From Deltaproteobacteria bacterium (GTDB lineage: Bacteria; Myxococcota_A; UBA9042): a DNA stretch of 64,000 nucleotides. Position numbers and translations under genes: made by a program. The stretch is taken from positions 10,343 to 74,342 of the forward strand of contig VGRO01000003.1 of NCBI GenBank assembly GCA_016875335.1. The letters run 5' to 3'. The notes under the pieces were generated by a model. That model was not told the DNA's origin. It saw nothing but the letters and a program-made list of their open reading frames with translations, and made no database searches. Of this stretch, positions 33,457-52,049 are shown piece after piece (position 1 is the stretch's first letter; each line of letters opens with the position of its first letter).

Positions 33457-34143
33457 TCAAGCCGCCACCTTGGCCGTGCGCCGCTTGAAGGCCTGGCCAA
33501 AGAAGTTGCCCAGGTAGCCGGCCGCCGAGCCGACCGAGAACACCATCGACAGGGTCAACATCAGCGCGCCCACCTTGTGGTAGTCCACGGTGCCGGACAG
33601 CACGATGAAATCGGTGTGCAGTTCGAAATGGATCAGCAGCCCCACCAGTCCAACCATTTGCAGCGCAGTCTTCCATTTGCCCCAGCGGTCGCTCGGCACG
33701 TCGAAGCCTTCGTCGGCGGCGATCGCCCGCAGGCCGGTGATCGCGACCTCGCGCGACAACAGCAGGATCGCCATCCACGCAGGTGTACGTCCCAGGTGGA
33801 CCAGTTCGACGAGGCACGCCAAGACCAGCAGCTTGTCGGCCAACGGGTCCAGGAACTTGCCGAACGCGCTCTGCAAGTTCAGGTTTCGCGCCAGCCAGCC
33901 GTCCAGGAAGTCGGTGATCGAGGCCACGGCGAAAAGCGTCGTCGCCCAGAACGCGGCGCGCAGCGCCAGCCATTGTCCGCCCGCCGCGCACGGATCGGAC
34001 AACTCCATCTGCCACATGACCAGCGGGATGGCGGCGACCCGACCCATGGTCAAGATGTTGGGCAGGTTGAAAATCTCTTCGCGAAGCGCCGACTTGGGGC
34101 GACCGGGCCTTCTGCGTTTCTTGGCGGGTTTGGCTTCGGCCAT
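33457..34143 (-). CDS. pgsA: CDP-diacylglycerol--glycerol-3-phosphate 3-phosphatidyltransferase
   Basis: NLPNILTMGR, TDFLDGWLAR......FGKFLDPLADK, SREVAITGLR, GKWKTALQM. Confidence 0.95.
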   Translation of the reverse strand: MAEAKPAKKRRRPGRPKSALREEIFNLPNILTMGRVAAIPLVMWQMELSDPCAAGGQWLALRAAFWATTLFAVASITDFLDGWLARNLNLQSAFGKFLDPLADKLLVLACLVELVHLGRTPAWMAILLLSREVAITGLRAIAADEGFDVPSDRWGKWKTALQMVGLVGLLIHFELHTDFIVLSGTVDYHKVGALMLTLSMVFSVGSAAGYLGNFFGQAFKRRTAKVAA

Positions 34144-34150
34144 GGCCGGC

Positions 34151-34215
34151 AGTATGGCACCAGCGGCCGCAGCGGCCAACCGGCGATTGCCGCGACCGGC
34201 GTCGCGCGCTACTTT
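34151..34215. promoter_or_regulatory. back-to-back putative sigma70 promoters (pgsA; methyltransferase-DUF692 operon)
   Basis: Minus strand TTGGCC-17-CATACT, 7 nt before the pgsA ATG. Plus strand TTGCCG(34187)-17-TACTTT(34210). Confidence 0.5.
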
Positions 34216-34250
34216 GGCTGCCCCGTGCCGACCAAGGCCGCAGCGACACC

Positions 34251-34919
34251 ATGACGCCATCGACCCTGCACCACCTGGCCGCCCATCACGGCGACTTTGA
34301 CCAGTTCGCCGCGCTGATGCAGCAGACTGCTTCTGGCCGCTTCAATGAGGTGTTCTGGGGCGTGTGGCGGCAATACGTGGCGCCGGCCCTGCCGGAGACC
34401 GGCCGCGTCGTCGACCTCGGCTGCGGCCCCGGCGGACTTTTCGCGCCGTTGCGCGCCCGGCATCCCGACGTTGCCCTCATCGGTGTCGAAGTCCAACCCG
34501 CGATGCTGCGCGAGGCGAGGGCCGTGGCGGTGCATGTGCGTGCAGAGATCCTCGAGGCTGACCTCAACCTGCCGCTGCCGCTTGCCGACGCTTGCGCAGA
34601 CGCGGTGACGTTGGCCCACGTGCTGCACGAATTGCCCTGGCCGGTTCCGCTCTTGCGCGAGGCGCTGCGCATCTTGCGCCCGGGCGGCGCGTGCCTGGTG
34701 TTCGACTGGGTGCGGCAGCCTCTGCAGAGCTACGTCGAGGGCGCGGAACTCGACGAGAACCTCCTGCAGCACTTTCGCGAACACTGCTTGTACACACCCG
34801 ACGACCTCGCCTTCTTGTGCCAGCGCGCCGGCTTCGAGGTGCGCGAGATCATCGGCCGGCGCGGCGGACGCTTTGCCATGATCGCGCTCGCCCGACCCGC
34901 GCTCGCCGAGCCCACGTGA
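34251..34919 (+). CDS. class I SAM-dependent methyltransferase
   Basis: Motif I VVDLGCGPG, LIGVEVQPAML, EADL, DAVTLAHVLHE, RILRPGG. Confidence 0.92.
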   Translation: MTPSTLHHLAAHHGDFDQFAALMQQTASGRFNEVFWGVWRQYVAPALPETGRVVDLGCGPGGLFAPLRARHPDVALIGVEVQPAMLREARAVAVHVRAEILEADLNLPLPLADACADAVTLAHVLHELPWPVPLLREALRILRPGGACLVFDWVRQPLQSYVEGAELDENLLQHFREHCLYTPDDLAFLCQRAGFEVREIIGRRGGRFAMIALARPALAEPT

Positions 34920-36565
34920 TCGCGCCGCCGGCTGACCTGGGTTTGGGGCTCGGCCTGCGCGGTCCGCACCTGGCGCAGTGGCTGCGCGAGCCCCCACCAG
35001 CCGTCCAGTGGATCGAAGCCATCACCGACAACTATCTGGCCAACCGCGGTTGGCTGCGCCGCGTGCTTGTGCGCTTGGCCGAGTCCCGTCCGGTCGTCTT
35101 GCACGGCGTCGGGCTGAACATCGGTTCGACCGATCGGCTCGACCGCATCTACTTGCGCCAGGTCCGCCAGTTGGCGGCCGAAGTCCGCGCGCCCTGGGTG
35201 TCGGACCACCTGTGCTGGACCGGGGTGGGCCGGCTGCAGACGCACGACCTGCTGCCCATGCCGTACACCGATGCCGCGCTGCACTGGTTGGTCGAGCGGA
35301 TCCGCGCGGTCCAGGAACTGCTGGAACGGCCGCTGGTTCTCGAAAACCCCTCGACCTACCTGGCGTTTCGCCAATCGACCTGGACCGAGTGGGATTTCCT
35401 GGCCGAGTTGTGCGAGCGCGCCGACTGCGGCCTGCTGATCGACGTCAACAACGTACACGTCTCCGCCTTCAACCACGGGTTCGACGAGGCCCGGTGGCTC
35501 GCTGCCGTGCCGTGGGCGCGCGTTTGGCAGTTGCACGTCGCCGGCCACACCACGTACGCGACCCACAAGCTCGACACCCACGTGGGACCGGTGCCCGAAG
35601 CCGTCTGGCGCCTCTACGGCGAGGCGTGGGCGCGCTGCGGTGGCCGCTCGACGTTGCTCGAATGGGACCAGGACATCCCAGACCTCGACGTCGCCGTAGC
35701 CGAGTTGTGCAAGGCGCGCGCGTGGCAGGCTGCCGAGCGGTCGAGCGGCAGCGTGCAGGCGCGCCGCGCCGGCTCGGCGGTCGGGGGCGACACCAATGCC
35801 CCGGCCGGGCTGCGCGCCCTGCAGCGCGCGGTGTTGCGGCAGATCGCGACCGGCAGGACGAGCACCGCCGTACAGCGACAGGTGCTGCCGACCTCGCAAC
35901 TGACCGGCCGCGCACGCGTGGCCATCCACGGCCGCATGTACGCGTTGCGACTCGACGGCGCGCTGGCCGAGGATTTCGCGAGGACCGCGCAACTGCTCGG
36001 CAGGCGGGCGTTTGCCGCGGCGTGTGCGGGCTATCGCAGGCGCCATCCCTCGCGGCACTGGGCACTGGAGCAGTACGGCATCCGGTTTGCCGCGTGGCTG
36101 GCCAGTCAACCGCGGTTCGCGGGCAACCCCGCGCAACTGGCGCGGCTGGAGTGGGCCGTCGTCCAGACGCGCCTGGCGCCGGGTTGCGACCCGCTGGCCA
36201 TCGACTGGGCGGACCGCGTCGGCGGCACGCCCTTGGCCCAATGCTGCTTGCGCTTTGCCCCGGGCGTCCGCGTGCAGCATGTCGCGCCCGAGGTGTGGCA
36301 CATCTGGTCCGGGCAGGCGCTGCGCAGCGGCAAGCGCGTCGCGGTGCGGCTTTCTCCGGCCGGGCGCCACGTGGCAGTGCGGTCCCTGTCGCCGGCCGAG
36401 GCCGCCGCCCTATCCGCACTGCGCGCCGGCATGCCCATCCTGCAAGCGTGTGCGGCGGTCGCGCGGCGGTCTGCGGCCTGGGGGGCCGAAGTGCAGGTCA
36501 GGCTGGGCGATTGGTTGCGCGATTGGGTGGCCGACGGCGCGGTCGTGGCGGTCGAGCCCGCGTGA
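34916..36565 (+). CDS. DUF692/MNIO (MbnB/TglH/ChrH-like) enzyme fused to a DUF2063-like partner domain
   Basis: GLGLR.PH, LHGVGLNIG, SDHLCW, DLLPMPY, LENP, DVNNVHV, LHVAGH, DTH, LLEWD; then RL..ALAEDF.....LLG..AF......Y...HPS....L.QYG..F..WL...LARLEWA. GTGA-coupled to the methyltransferase. Confidence 0.88.
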   Translation: MIAPPADLGLGLGLRGPHLAQWLREPPPAVQWIEAITDNYLANRGWLRRVLVRLAESRPVVLHGVGLNIGSTDRLDRIYLRQVRQLAAEVRAPWVSDHLCWTGVGRLQTHDLLPMPYTDAALHWLVERIRAVQELLERPLVLENPSTYLAFRQSTWTEWDFLAELCERADCGLLIDVNNVHVSAFNHGFDEARWLAAVPWARVWQLHVAGHTTYATHKLDTHVGPVPEAVWRLYGEAWARCGGRSTLLEWDQDIPDLDVAVAELCKARAWQAAERSSGSVQARRAGSAVGGDTNAPAGLRALQRAVLRQIATGRTSTAVQRQVLPTSQLTGRARVAIHGRMYALRLDGALAEDFARTAQLLGRRAFAAACAGYRRRHPSRHWALEQYGIRFAAWLASQPRFAGNPAQLARLEWAVVQTRLAPGCDPLAIDWADRVGGTPLAQCCLRFAPGVRVQHVAPEVWHIWSGQALRSGKRVAVRLSPAGRHVAVRSLSPAEAAALSALRAGMPILQACAAVARRSAAWGAEVQVRLGDWLRDWVADGAVVAVEPA

Positions 36566-36572
36566 CGCCGCG

Positions 36573-41381
<4,809 letters not shown>

Positions 41382-41490
41382 GGTTGGCCCTGTCGCGGAG
41401 CGGGCGTGCGCCCTGCGTGCAGTCTTGCCGCCCGGTGGGCGCTGTCAAGAACCGCACATGGTTCCTTTCGGTTGGTTGCGGCGCGCCGCG

Positions 41491-43008
41491 CTACCTGGGC
41501 TCGGTCGGACCGTCGATGGCCGGATCGGCGGTGTCCTCGCCTCGGGGTGGCACCACCGCGCGCGCCGGCAACGTGGGCCCGTCGAGGTCTTCGCCCAGGT
41601 CCAGGGCCGGCAACGGCTGGCTGCTCGCCAGCGCGGGCGGCGGGCGCAGGTGGGGCAGGTCCGGCAGATCGGCAGTGGTTGCGCCCACCCATTCGCCGTC
41701 GGCACCGACACCTGCTGTCCTGCCATCGCGCACGACCACGACCACCGGCGCGATGCCGCGCGGGTCGGTGTCTTCGTCCAGGCTGCGCGAACCGGCCGGA
41801 GCGGACGCCACTGCGCGCACGGGATCCGTGTCCCGCACGTTGGGTGATGCCGTCGGTTGCGCCGCGCCCAGCGGCGGCGTGGTTGCCTGGGCCGCGGCGA
41901 GCGAGGCGGCCTGGGCGGCCCGCACCTGCGCGCCGATGTCTCGCGGGATCTTCTCCGTCGGTTCCTGGCTCGAAGTGGCCCGCCGCACGACCAAGGGCAC
42001 CCCCGCCGGCGGGGTCAGGTCCTCGCGGCTCATCGGCCGGACGGGCTGCGTCGCCGCGAACTTGGGCGGCAGGTTGACGCGGATCTCCGGCATGGTCTCC
42101 TGGTCGATCAGCCCCTCGCCGGCGACGTCCGGTTCGTGCTCCAGGTCGTCCAGCGCCGTCCCGGGGCTGGTGTCGAAGCTGGTCAGCGGGCTCATCGGCA
42201 GCGTGCGCCGGTGGAATGGCACAGCCTTGGGCTGGTCGGCGACCTCGACCGTCTTGAGCAGCAAAATGGTGACGTTGTCCTTGCCGCCGCTGTCCAACGC
42301 CTGCTGGATGAGCCGAGCGCCGACCTGCGGCAAGTCGCCCATGCCGTCGCGCAGAATCTGCGCGATCTGCTCGTCTTCGACCATGTCGTTCAGGCCGTCC
42401 GAGCACAGCAGGTACACGTCGCCAGCGCGGTACTCGGTAATCTGCACGTCGGGTTCGACGTTCTCGCGCAGGCCGACGGCCCGCACGATCACGTTCTTGC
42501 CAGCGAACCCCTTGATCTGCTGAGCCGACATCGGCCGGGTGTTCATGTAGTAGTTGAGCAGGCTATGGTCGTCGGTCAACTGCTCGAATTCGCCGTCGCG
42601 CAGCCGATAGATGCGGCTGTCGCCGACATGGACCAGGCCCAGCCGCTGTGCGCCCGCGTACACGCCCGCGATGGTGGTGCCCATGCCCTTGTGCAGCGGG
42701 TTGGCCTGTGCCTGAACAAACACCTCGCGGTTGGCGGCGCGCACCGCGGCGTCCAGGGCCCGCGCCTCCTCGGATTGCTGCACTCCGCTTTCGGCCGGCC
42801 AGCGAAAGTCGGGCCTGAACCGATCCATGGCCAGGAAGCGCACCACTGCGTCGGCGGCGATCTGGCTGGCGATTTCACCGCTGGCGTGGCCCCCCATGCC
42901 GTCGCAGACCAAGTACACGCCAGCGTCGGCGGCCACGCGAAAGGCGTCCTCGTTGTTCTTGCGCTCCCGGCCGACATTGGTCTCGCCGTAGTGCACAATC
43001 TTGAACAT
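41491..43008 (-). CDS. PP2C/Stp1-type Ser/Thr phosphatase with a long acidic Pro-rich tail
   Basis: GRERKNNED, VCDGMGGHASGE.AS, MGTT, HVGDSRIY, LTDDHS, LCSDGL, GGKDNVT. Confidence 0.92.
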   Translation of the reverse strand: MFKIVHYGETNVGRERKNNEDAFRVAADAGVYLVCDGMGGHASGEIASQIAADAVVRFLAMDRFRPDFRWPAESGVQQSEEARALDAAVRAANREVFVQAQANPLHKGMGTTIAGVYAGAQRLGLVHVGDSRIYRLRDGEFEQLTDDHSLLNYYMNTRPMSAQQIKGFAGKNVIVRAVGLRENVEPDVQITEYRAGDVYLLCSDGLNDMVEDEQIAQILRDGMGDLPQVGARLIQQALDSGGKDNVTILLLKTVEVADQPKAVPFHRRTLPMSPLTSFDTSPGTALDDLEHEPDVAGEGLIDQETMPEIRVNLPPKFAATQPVRPMSREDLTPPAGVPLVVRRATSSQEPTEKIPRDIGAQVRAAQAASLAAAQATTPPLGAAQPTASPNVRDTDPVRAVASAPAGSRSLDEDTDPRGIAPVVVVVRDGRTAGVGADGEWVGATTADLPDLPHLRPPPALASSQPLPALDLGEDLDGPTLPARAVVPPRGEDTADPAIDGPTEPR

Positions 43009-43357
43009 CGACGCCACCTCGGGGCCGCTCAGGGACACAGGACCGAAGAACTGCGCGGTACGGGGCCGGTCGGTCAGGCGAAATCCAGGAGCGTCCGCCG
43101 GCCGCGGTGTAGCAGGCAATCGCGCGCGGCGTCAAGGCCCACGCGACGGCGGGGGGTGCGGTTCCTGAACCGGGGTCTGGTTCCGGCCTGCCGGCGCGCG
43201 AACGCGCACGCAACAATTACAAAGCCTTACCTGCGCAAGGCCCACTTCCCCCTGGCGCGGACCAGGTGCGCTTGAGGGCGAAAAACCAATCGCTTGCGCC
43301 CGGACCCTATCTGGCGATCCGCGCCCGGACGGCGGCGGGCGCGGCGCGGCGAAAAGC

Positions 43358-44254
43358 TCAGCCCAAAAGGGCCAACCGACGCAGTTCTGCTTGCAGGGCC
43401 GTGCGCGTTGCGTCCGACGCGGCCACCAGCGGCAGCCGGCACGCTGGCGCCATGTGACCGAGCAGGTGCATCGCCATCTTGGCGGGTTGCGGGTTTGGTT
43501 CGCAAAAGAGGGCCTTGATGAGCGGCAGCAGGTCCACCTGGCCGCGCGCGGCCGCCTCGGTGCGCCCCGCCGAGAAGTCGCGCCACAGAGCTGCAGTGCG
43601 CGCCGGAGCGACGTTGGACACCACCGAGATGACCCCGCGGCCGCCGACCGCGTAGGTGGGCACGCAAAGCGCGTCTTCGCCCGAGAGGACGGCAAAGGCA
43701 AACTCGGTCAAGCGCACGGTCTCCTGCACCTGCTCCAGCGACCCGGCCGCCTCCTTGAGCGCGACCACATTGGGATGTCGCGCCAACTCGGCGACCGTCG
43801 CGGGCAGCAGGTTGACGCCGGTGCGCCCTGGCACGTTGTAGAGCACTACGGGCACTGTCGCGGCATCGGCTACACGCAGGAAGTGTTCTTTCATGCCGGC
43901 CTGGGTCGGCTTGTTGTAGTAGGGCGTGACGACCAGCACCCCGTCGACGCCGAGCGCGCACGCCGTATGGGTGGTCAGCAGCGTTTTGGCGGTGCTGTTC
44001 GATCCGACACCCGCGAGGACCGGCACGCGGCCGTTGGCGGCGGCCACCACGGTCGCGACCACCGTCTGGTATTCATCGTCGGTCAGCGTGGCGGTTTCGC
44101 CGGTCGTCCCGCAGGCCACCAGACCGTCCACGCCGCCGGCGATTTGCATCTCGACCAGGCCGCGCAACGCCGGCAGGTCCAAGGACCGGTCGTCGTCGTC
44201 GAGAAACGGAGTGACCAGTGCGGTGTGGGTGCCTGCGGGAACGAAACGGGCCAT
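43358..44254 (-). CDS. dapA: 4-hydroxy-tetrahydrodipicolinate synthase
   Basis: TALVTPF, GTTGE, VTPYYNKPTQ, LYNVPGRTG, ALKEA, GVISVVSN, EPNP.P.K. Confidence 0.96.
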   Translation of the reverse strand: MARFVPAGTHTALVTPFLDDDDRSLDLPALRGLVEMQIAGGVDGLVACGTTGETATLTDDEYQTVVATVVAAANGRVPVLAGVGSNSTAKTLLTTHTACALGVDGVLVVTPYYNKPTQAGMKEHFLRVADAATVPVVLYNVPGRTGVNLLPATVAELARHPNVVALKEAAGSLEQVQETVRLTEFAFAVLSGEDALCVPTYAVGGRGVISVVSNVAPARTAALWRDFSAGRTEAAARGQVDLLPLIKALFCEPNPQPAKMAMHLLGHMAPACRLPLVAASDATRTALQAELRRLALLG

Positions 44255-44327
44255 GGTGCTCCAGGTAGGGTGGGTCGACGCGCGCGACCCAAGGTGTGGC
44301 TTGAACCAGGGACGGGCGCGCCCCTTC

Positions 44328-44897
44328 TCAGCGAGACCGCTCGCGCGTCGCAATTCGCTGCAAGGCCGACACCATGGCATCGCGGACTGTGAGCGACGGT
44401 TCGCGCTCCAACTGGGCCTCGAGCAAGGGCCGGACCCGCCGATCGTCGAGGTGGCCGAGCGCGTGGGCCGCCGCCTCGCGCACCAGCGCATCTCTGTGGT
44501 GCAGGTGGGCCTGAAGGTGCGGCAGGGCCTCCGCCCCGAAGCCGTTGGCAAGGGCTGCAAGGGCGACGCGTAAGGCCTCTGGGCTTTCGGGATGGGCGAT
44601 CGCGCCGACCAGGACCGCCCTGCTGGTGGCGTTGGGGTAGTACTGCAGCCAGCCCAGGGCGCGCATGCGCACCGCGGCCGGACCGGACTTGCCGGTGGCC
44701 GTCTCGACCAGGATCGCCTGCACGTCCGGGCCGATGCGCGCCAGCTTTGCCGCGTCGACGTTGGGGTGCGGCGCATGCAGCACGGACAGCACGGCAGCGC
44801 GCTGCGCCTCGCGGGGGCGCGGATCTGCGGCCGACGCGTCCAGAGCGCACACGCCCATCACAAGGGTGGCGGCGGTCGGCAAGCAAAAGGAGCGCAT
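44328..44897 (-). CDS. exported HEAT-repeat protein
   Basis: Signal-peptide-like N-terminus ending ASA; [24 protein letters not shown] and [10 protein letters not shown] repeats. Confidence 0.7.
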   Translation of the reverse strand: MRSFCLPTAATLVMGVCALDASAADPRPREAQRAAVLSVLHAPHPNVDAAKLARIGPDVQAILVETATGKSGPAAVRMRALGWLQYYPNATSRAVLVGAIAHPESPEALRVALAALANGFGAEALPHLQAHLHHRDALVREAAAHALGHLDDRRVRPLLEAQLEREPSLTVRDAMVSALQRIATRERSR

Positions 44898-44981
44898 GAC
44901 GTTCTCGCTGGGGTGCCGCGGGGGCGGGGCGCCTATCGTACTGCAACGCGGCCGCCGCGAAAATCATGCCCGAGATCGCGC

Positions 44982-45010
44982 TTGCCAGTCGCCCGGCATC
45001 CACCTAACCT
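44982..45010 (+). promoter_or_regulatory. putative sigma70 promoter of secA
   Basis: TTGCCA-17 bp-TAACCT. Confidence 0.5.
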
Positions 45011-45093
45011 GTCCGGCCCGCGGAGTTCGGGCGGTGGAGCGGCACGGGGAACGTCGTCCAGTCCGCAACCGTTCCGCCGCACAGGAAGCGTGG

Positions 45094-48198
<3,105 letters not shown>

Positions 48199-48380
48199 CC
48201 GACCGAGCGCAGTATCCCGCAGTCTGCGGTCAAAGCGTGCACGACGCGCCGCGGTTGCGGCACAATGCACTCGCTGGCGCGGCGCCCCTCCGTGCGGCCG
48301 CTGGCATCGACGGACCCGTTCGTGCGTCGATAGGACCCAAGGCCGCGGCCGTACTTTCGGGTCGCGGGCGCTAGGAGCCT

Positions 48381-50318
<1,938 letters not shown>

Positions 50319-50408
50319 GCGGGCGTTTGCGCGTTTCGGCTTGTCGCGCTCGCCGTTTCCGGCTAAAACCGCGCGCCCGCCGCGCCACAGCGCCGCCCCG
50401 GAGTGCCC

Positions 50409-52031
50409 ATGATCCGCGCCCTCGTCCGTTGCCTGTGGGTCATCCCGGCCGCCACAGGTGCGCTCGTCCTCGCGCCCGCGTGCGGCGAGCAGAAGAAGGC
50501 CGGCAGCAAGGTCGAGAACGCCACACAGTGCCTGAGCGACTTGATGGATTCCCGCCGCAAGCGCGCCGTCGCGGGCATCCCGGCCAGCGACGACCCCGAC
50601 CAGGACGAGCACCCGTGGCTGGCGTGGGTCAAGAAGAACAGTCAGGTTGCGCAAGGCAGTGATTTCAAGGCCTGCGCCATCAAGGGCGAGGGCACGCCGG
50701 TCCGCGAGACGGCCGAGACGCTGATGCGCTACTTCGACGACCAACGCGGGTTCTACGCCGACGAAAAGAAGGAGACCAAGGAATACCTCGGCGGGCTCGT
50801 CGGCGCGCAGCGCGTCAGCAAGGGCACGACCTGGGAGGCCGACGTCGAGTTCGACGCGCTTTTCTTCCACGCGGCCACCTTGGCCAGGTATTGGACGTTG
50901 CTGCAGAGCACACCGCGCGACGACCGGGTCACCATCTTTTTCGCCAACCAACTGCTGCTGTGGAACTTTGACGCCAAAACCTCGCTCTATGAAGAGGAAA
51001 TCTCGCTCTTGTGCCAGAAGAAGCTCGGCGACTACTGCAAGGCCATTCCGATGGAAGACCGGCCATTCGCCATCACCCGTCCGTATTTCGAAGGCGTGGC
51101 AGGCCTTTTCGACGCCTACAAGGACAAGTATCCGCAGAGCCCCTATGCCACGTTCGCCGCCCGCATCGCCGGAGTCTACAAGGCACGCGCCGCCAAGGTC
51201 CCAGAGTACAAGGAGTTTCCCGTTCTGCCGGCGATACGCTCGACCAAGCCTGCGCCGTACAGCAACAACGCCACGTTCCTGGTCAGCCAGGAAAAGGGTC
51301 TTTTCCTGATGGACAACCCGCTGCGCGTGCCCAATCCGCCGCCGCCTGCCAACCCGACCGACAAGCCCAAGCCGGCGTGGAAGGGCGACTATGCCCTCGA
51401 CCCCGGCCTGGCCAAGGAGGTCGCGATTTTGGTTCAGGACGTGCGGTCGAACATGGTGTCGCAGTTCAACCAGTCGCTCATCTATTTCGTGGCCGAAGGC
51501 AAGGTGCCGGTCCAGTTCATTGAGCCGCTGCTGCGCGCGTGCATTGAAGGTGAACACGCCAAGAACTGGCCGAGCTTCGTGCTGGTGGGTCGCCGCCGCG
51601 CCGATGGCACCAACCGCCGGTCCGGTTTCAACGCCACCTTGTCCAAGGTCGAGGAGGTCGGCAAGTTCAAGGTCAAGGCGCCGACCTCGGGCAAGGTGCT
51701 GTCGTGCGAGGCCTGGGCGTCGATCGGCAAGGACCAGTTGGGCGGCACCGGTTTCAAGCCCATCGTGTTCCACGAAGGCGCGCAGATCCACATCGGCCGC
51801 CTGAACGACGACGGCACCATCGCCAGCGTGCAGAGCGCGGCCGGTCACGGCGACGGCGAGCGCCTGGAGAAGTGGGCCGATCAGCAGAACATGTCGATGG
51901 TCGTGGCCGTGCCGCAGTCGGCGACCTACGAGCAGTGGCTCGAAGCCATCAACGGCGTCGCCTACAAGTGCGAAGACGACGAGTGCTCGCGCGAACGCGG
52001 GATCAAGGTATTCCTGGCGACCTGCAAATAG
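50409..52031 (+). CDS. hypothetical lipoprotein
   Basis: Lipobox-like LAPAC, strong GC3 codon bias, paired Cys residues. No family recognised with confidence. Confidence 0.8.
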   Translation: MIRALVRCLWVIPAATGALVLAPACGEQKKAGSKVENATQCLSDLMDSRRKRAVAGIPASDDPDQDEHPWLAWVKKNSQVAQGSDFKACAIKGEGTPVRETAETLMRYFDDQRGFYADEKKETKEYLGGLVGAQRVSKGTTWEADVEFDALFFHAATLARYWTLLQSTPRDDRVTIFFANQLLLWNFDAKTSLYEEEISLLCQKKLGDYCKAIPMEDRPFAITRPYFEGVAGLFDAYKDKYPQSPYATFAARIAGVYKARAAKVPEYKEFPVLPAIRSTKPAPYSNNATFLVSQEKGLFLMDNPLRVPNPPPPANPTDKPKPAWKGDYALDPGLAKEVAILVQDVRSNMVSQFNQSLIYFVAEGKVPVQFIEPLLRACIEGEHAKNWPSFVLVGRRRADGTNRRSGFNATLSKVEEVGKFKVKAPTSGKVLSCEAWASIGKDQLGGTGFKPIVFHEGAQIHIGRLNDDGTIASVQSAAGHGDGERLEKWADQQNMSMVVAVPQSATYEQWLEAINGVAYKCEDDECSRERGIKVFLATCK

Positions 52032-52049
52032 CGCCCGTCTGAGCCGCGG

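Noticed and set aside
34154-34300. Short ORF as a possible MNIO precursor peptide
   Set aside because: It overlaps both predicted promoters and the methyltransferase start, has no signal or leader features, and is Arg/Pro-rich like a shadow frame.
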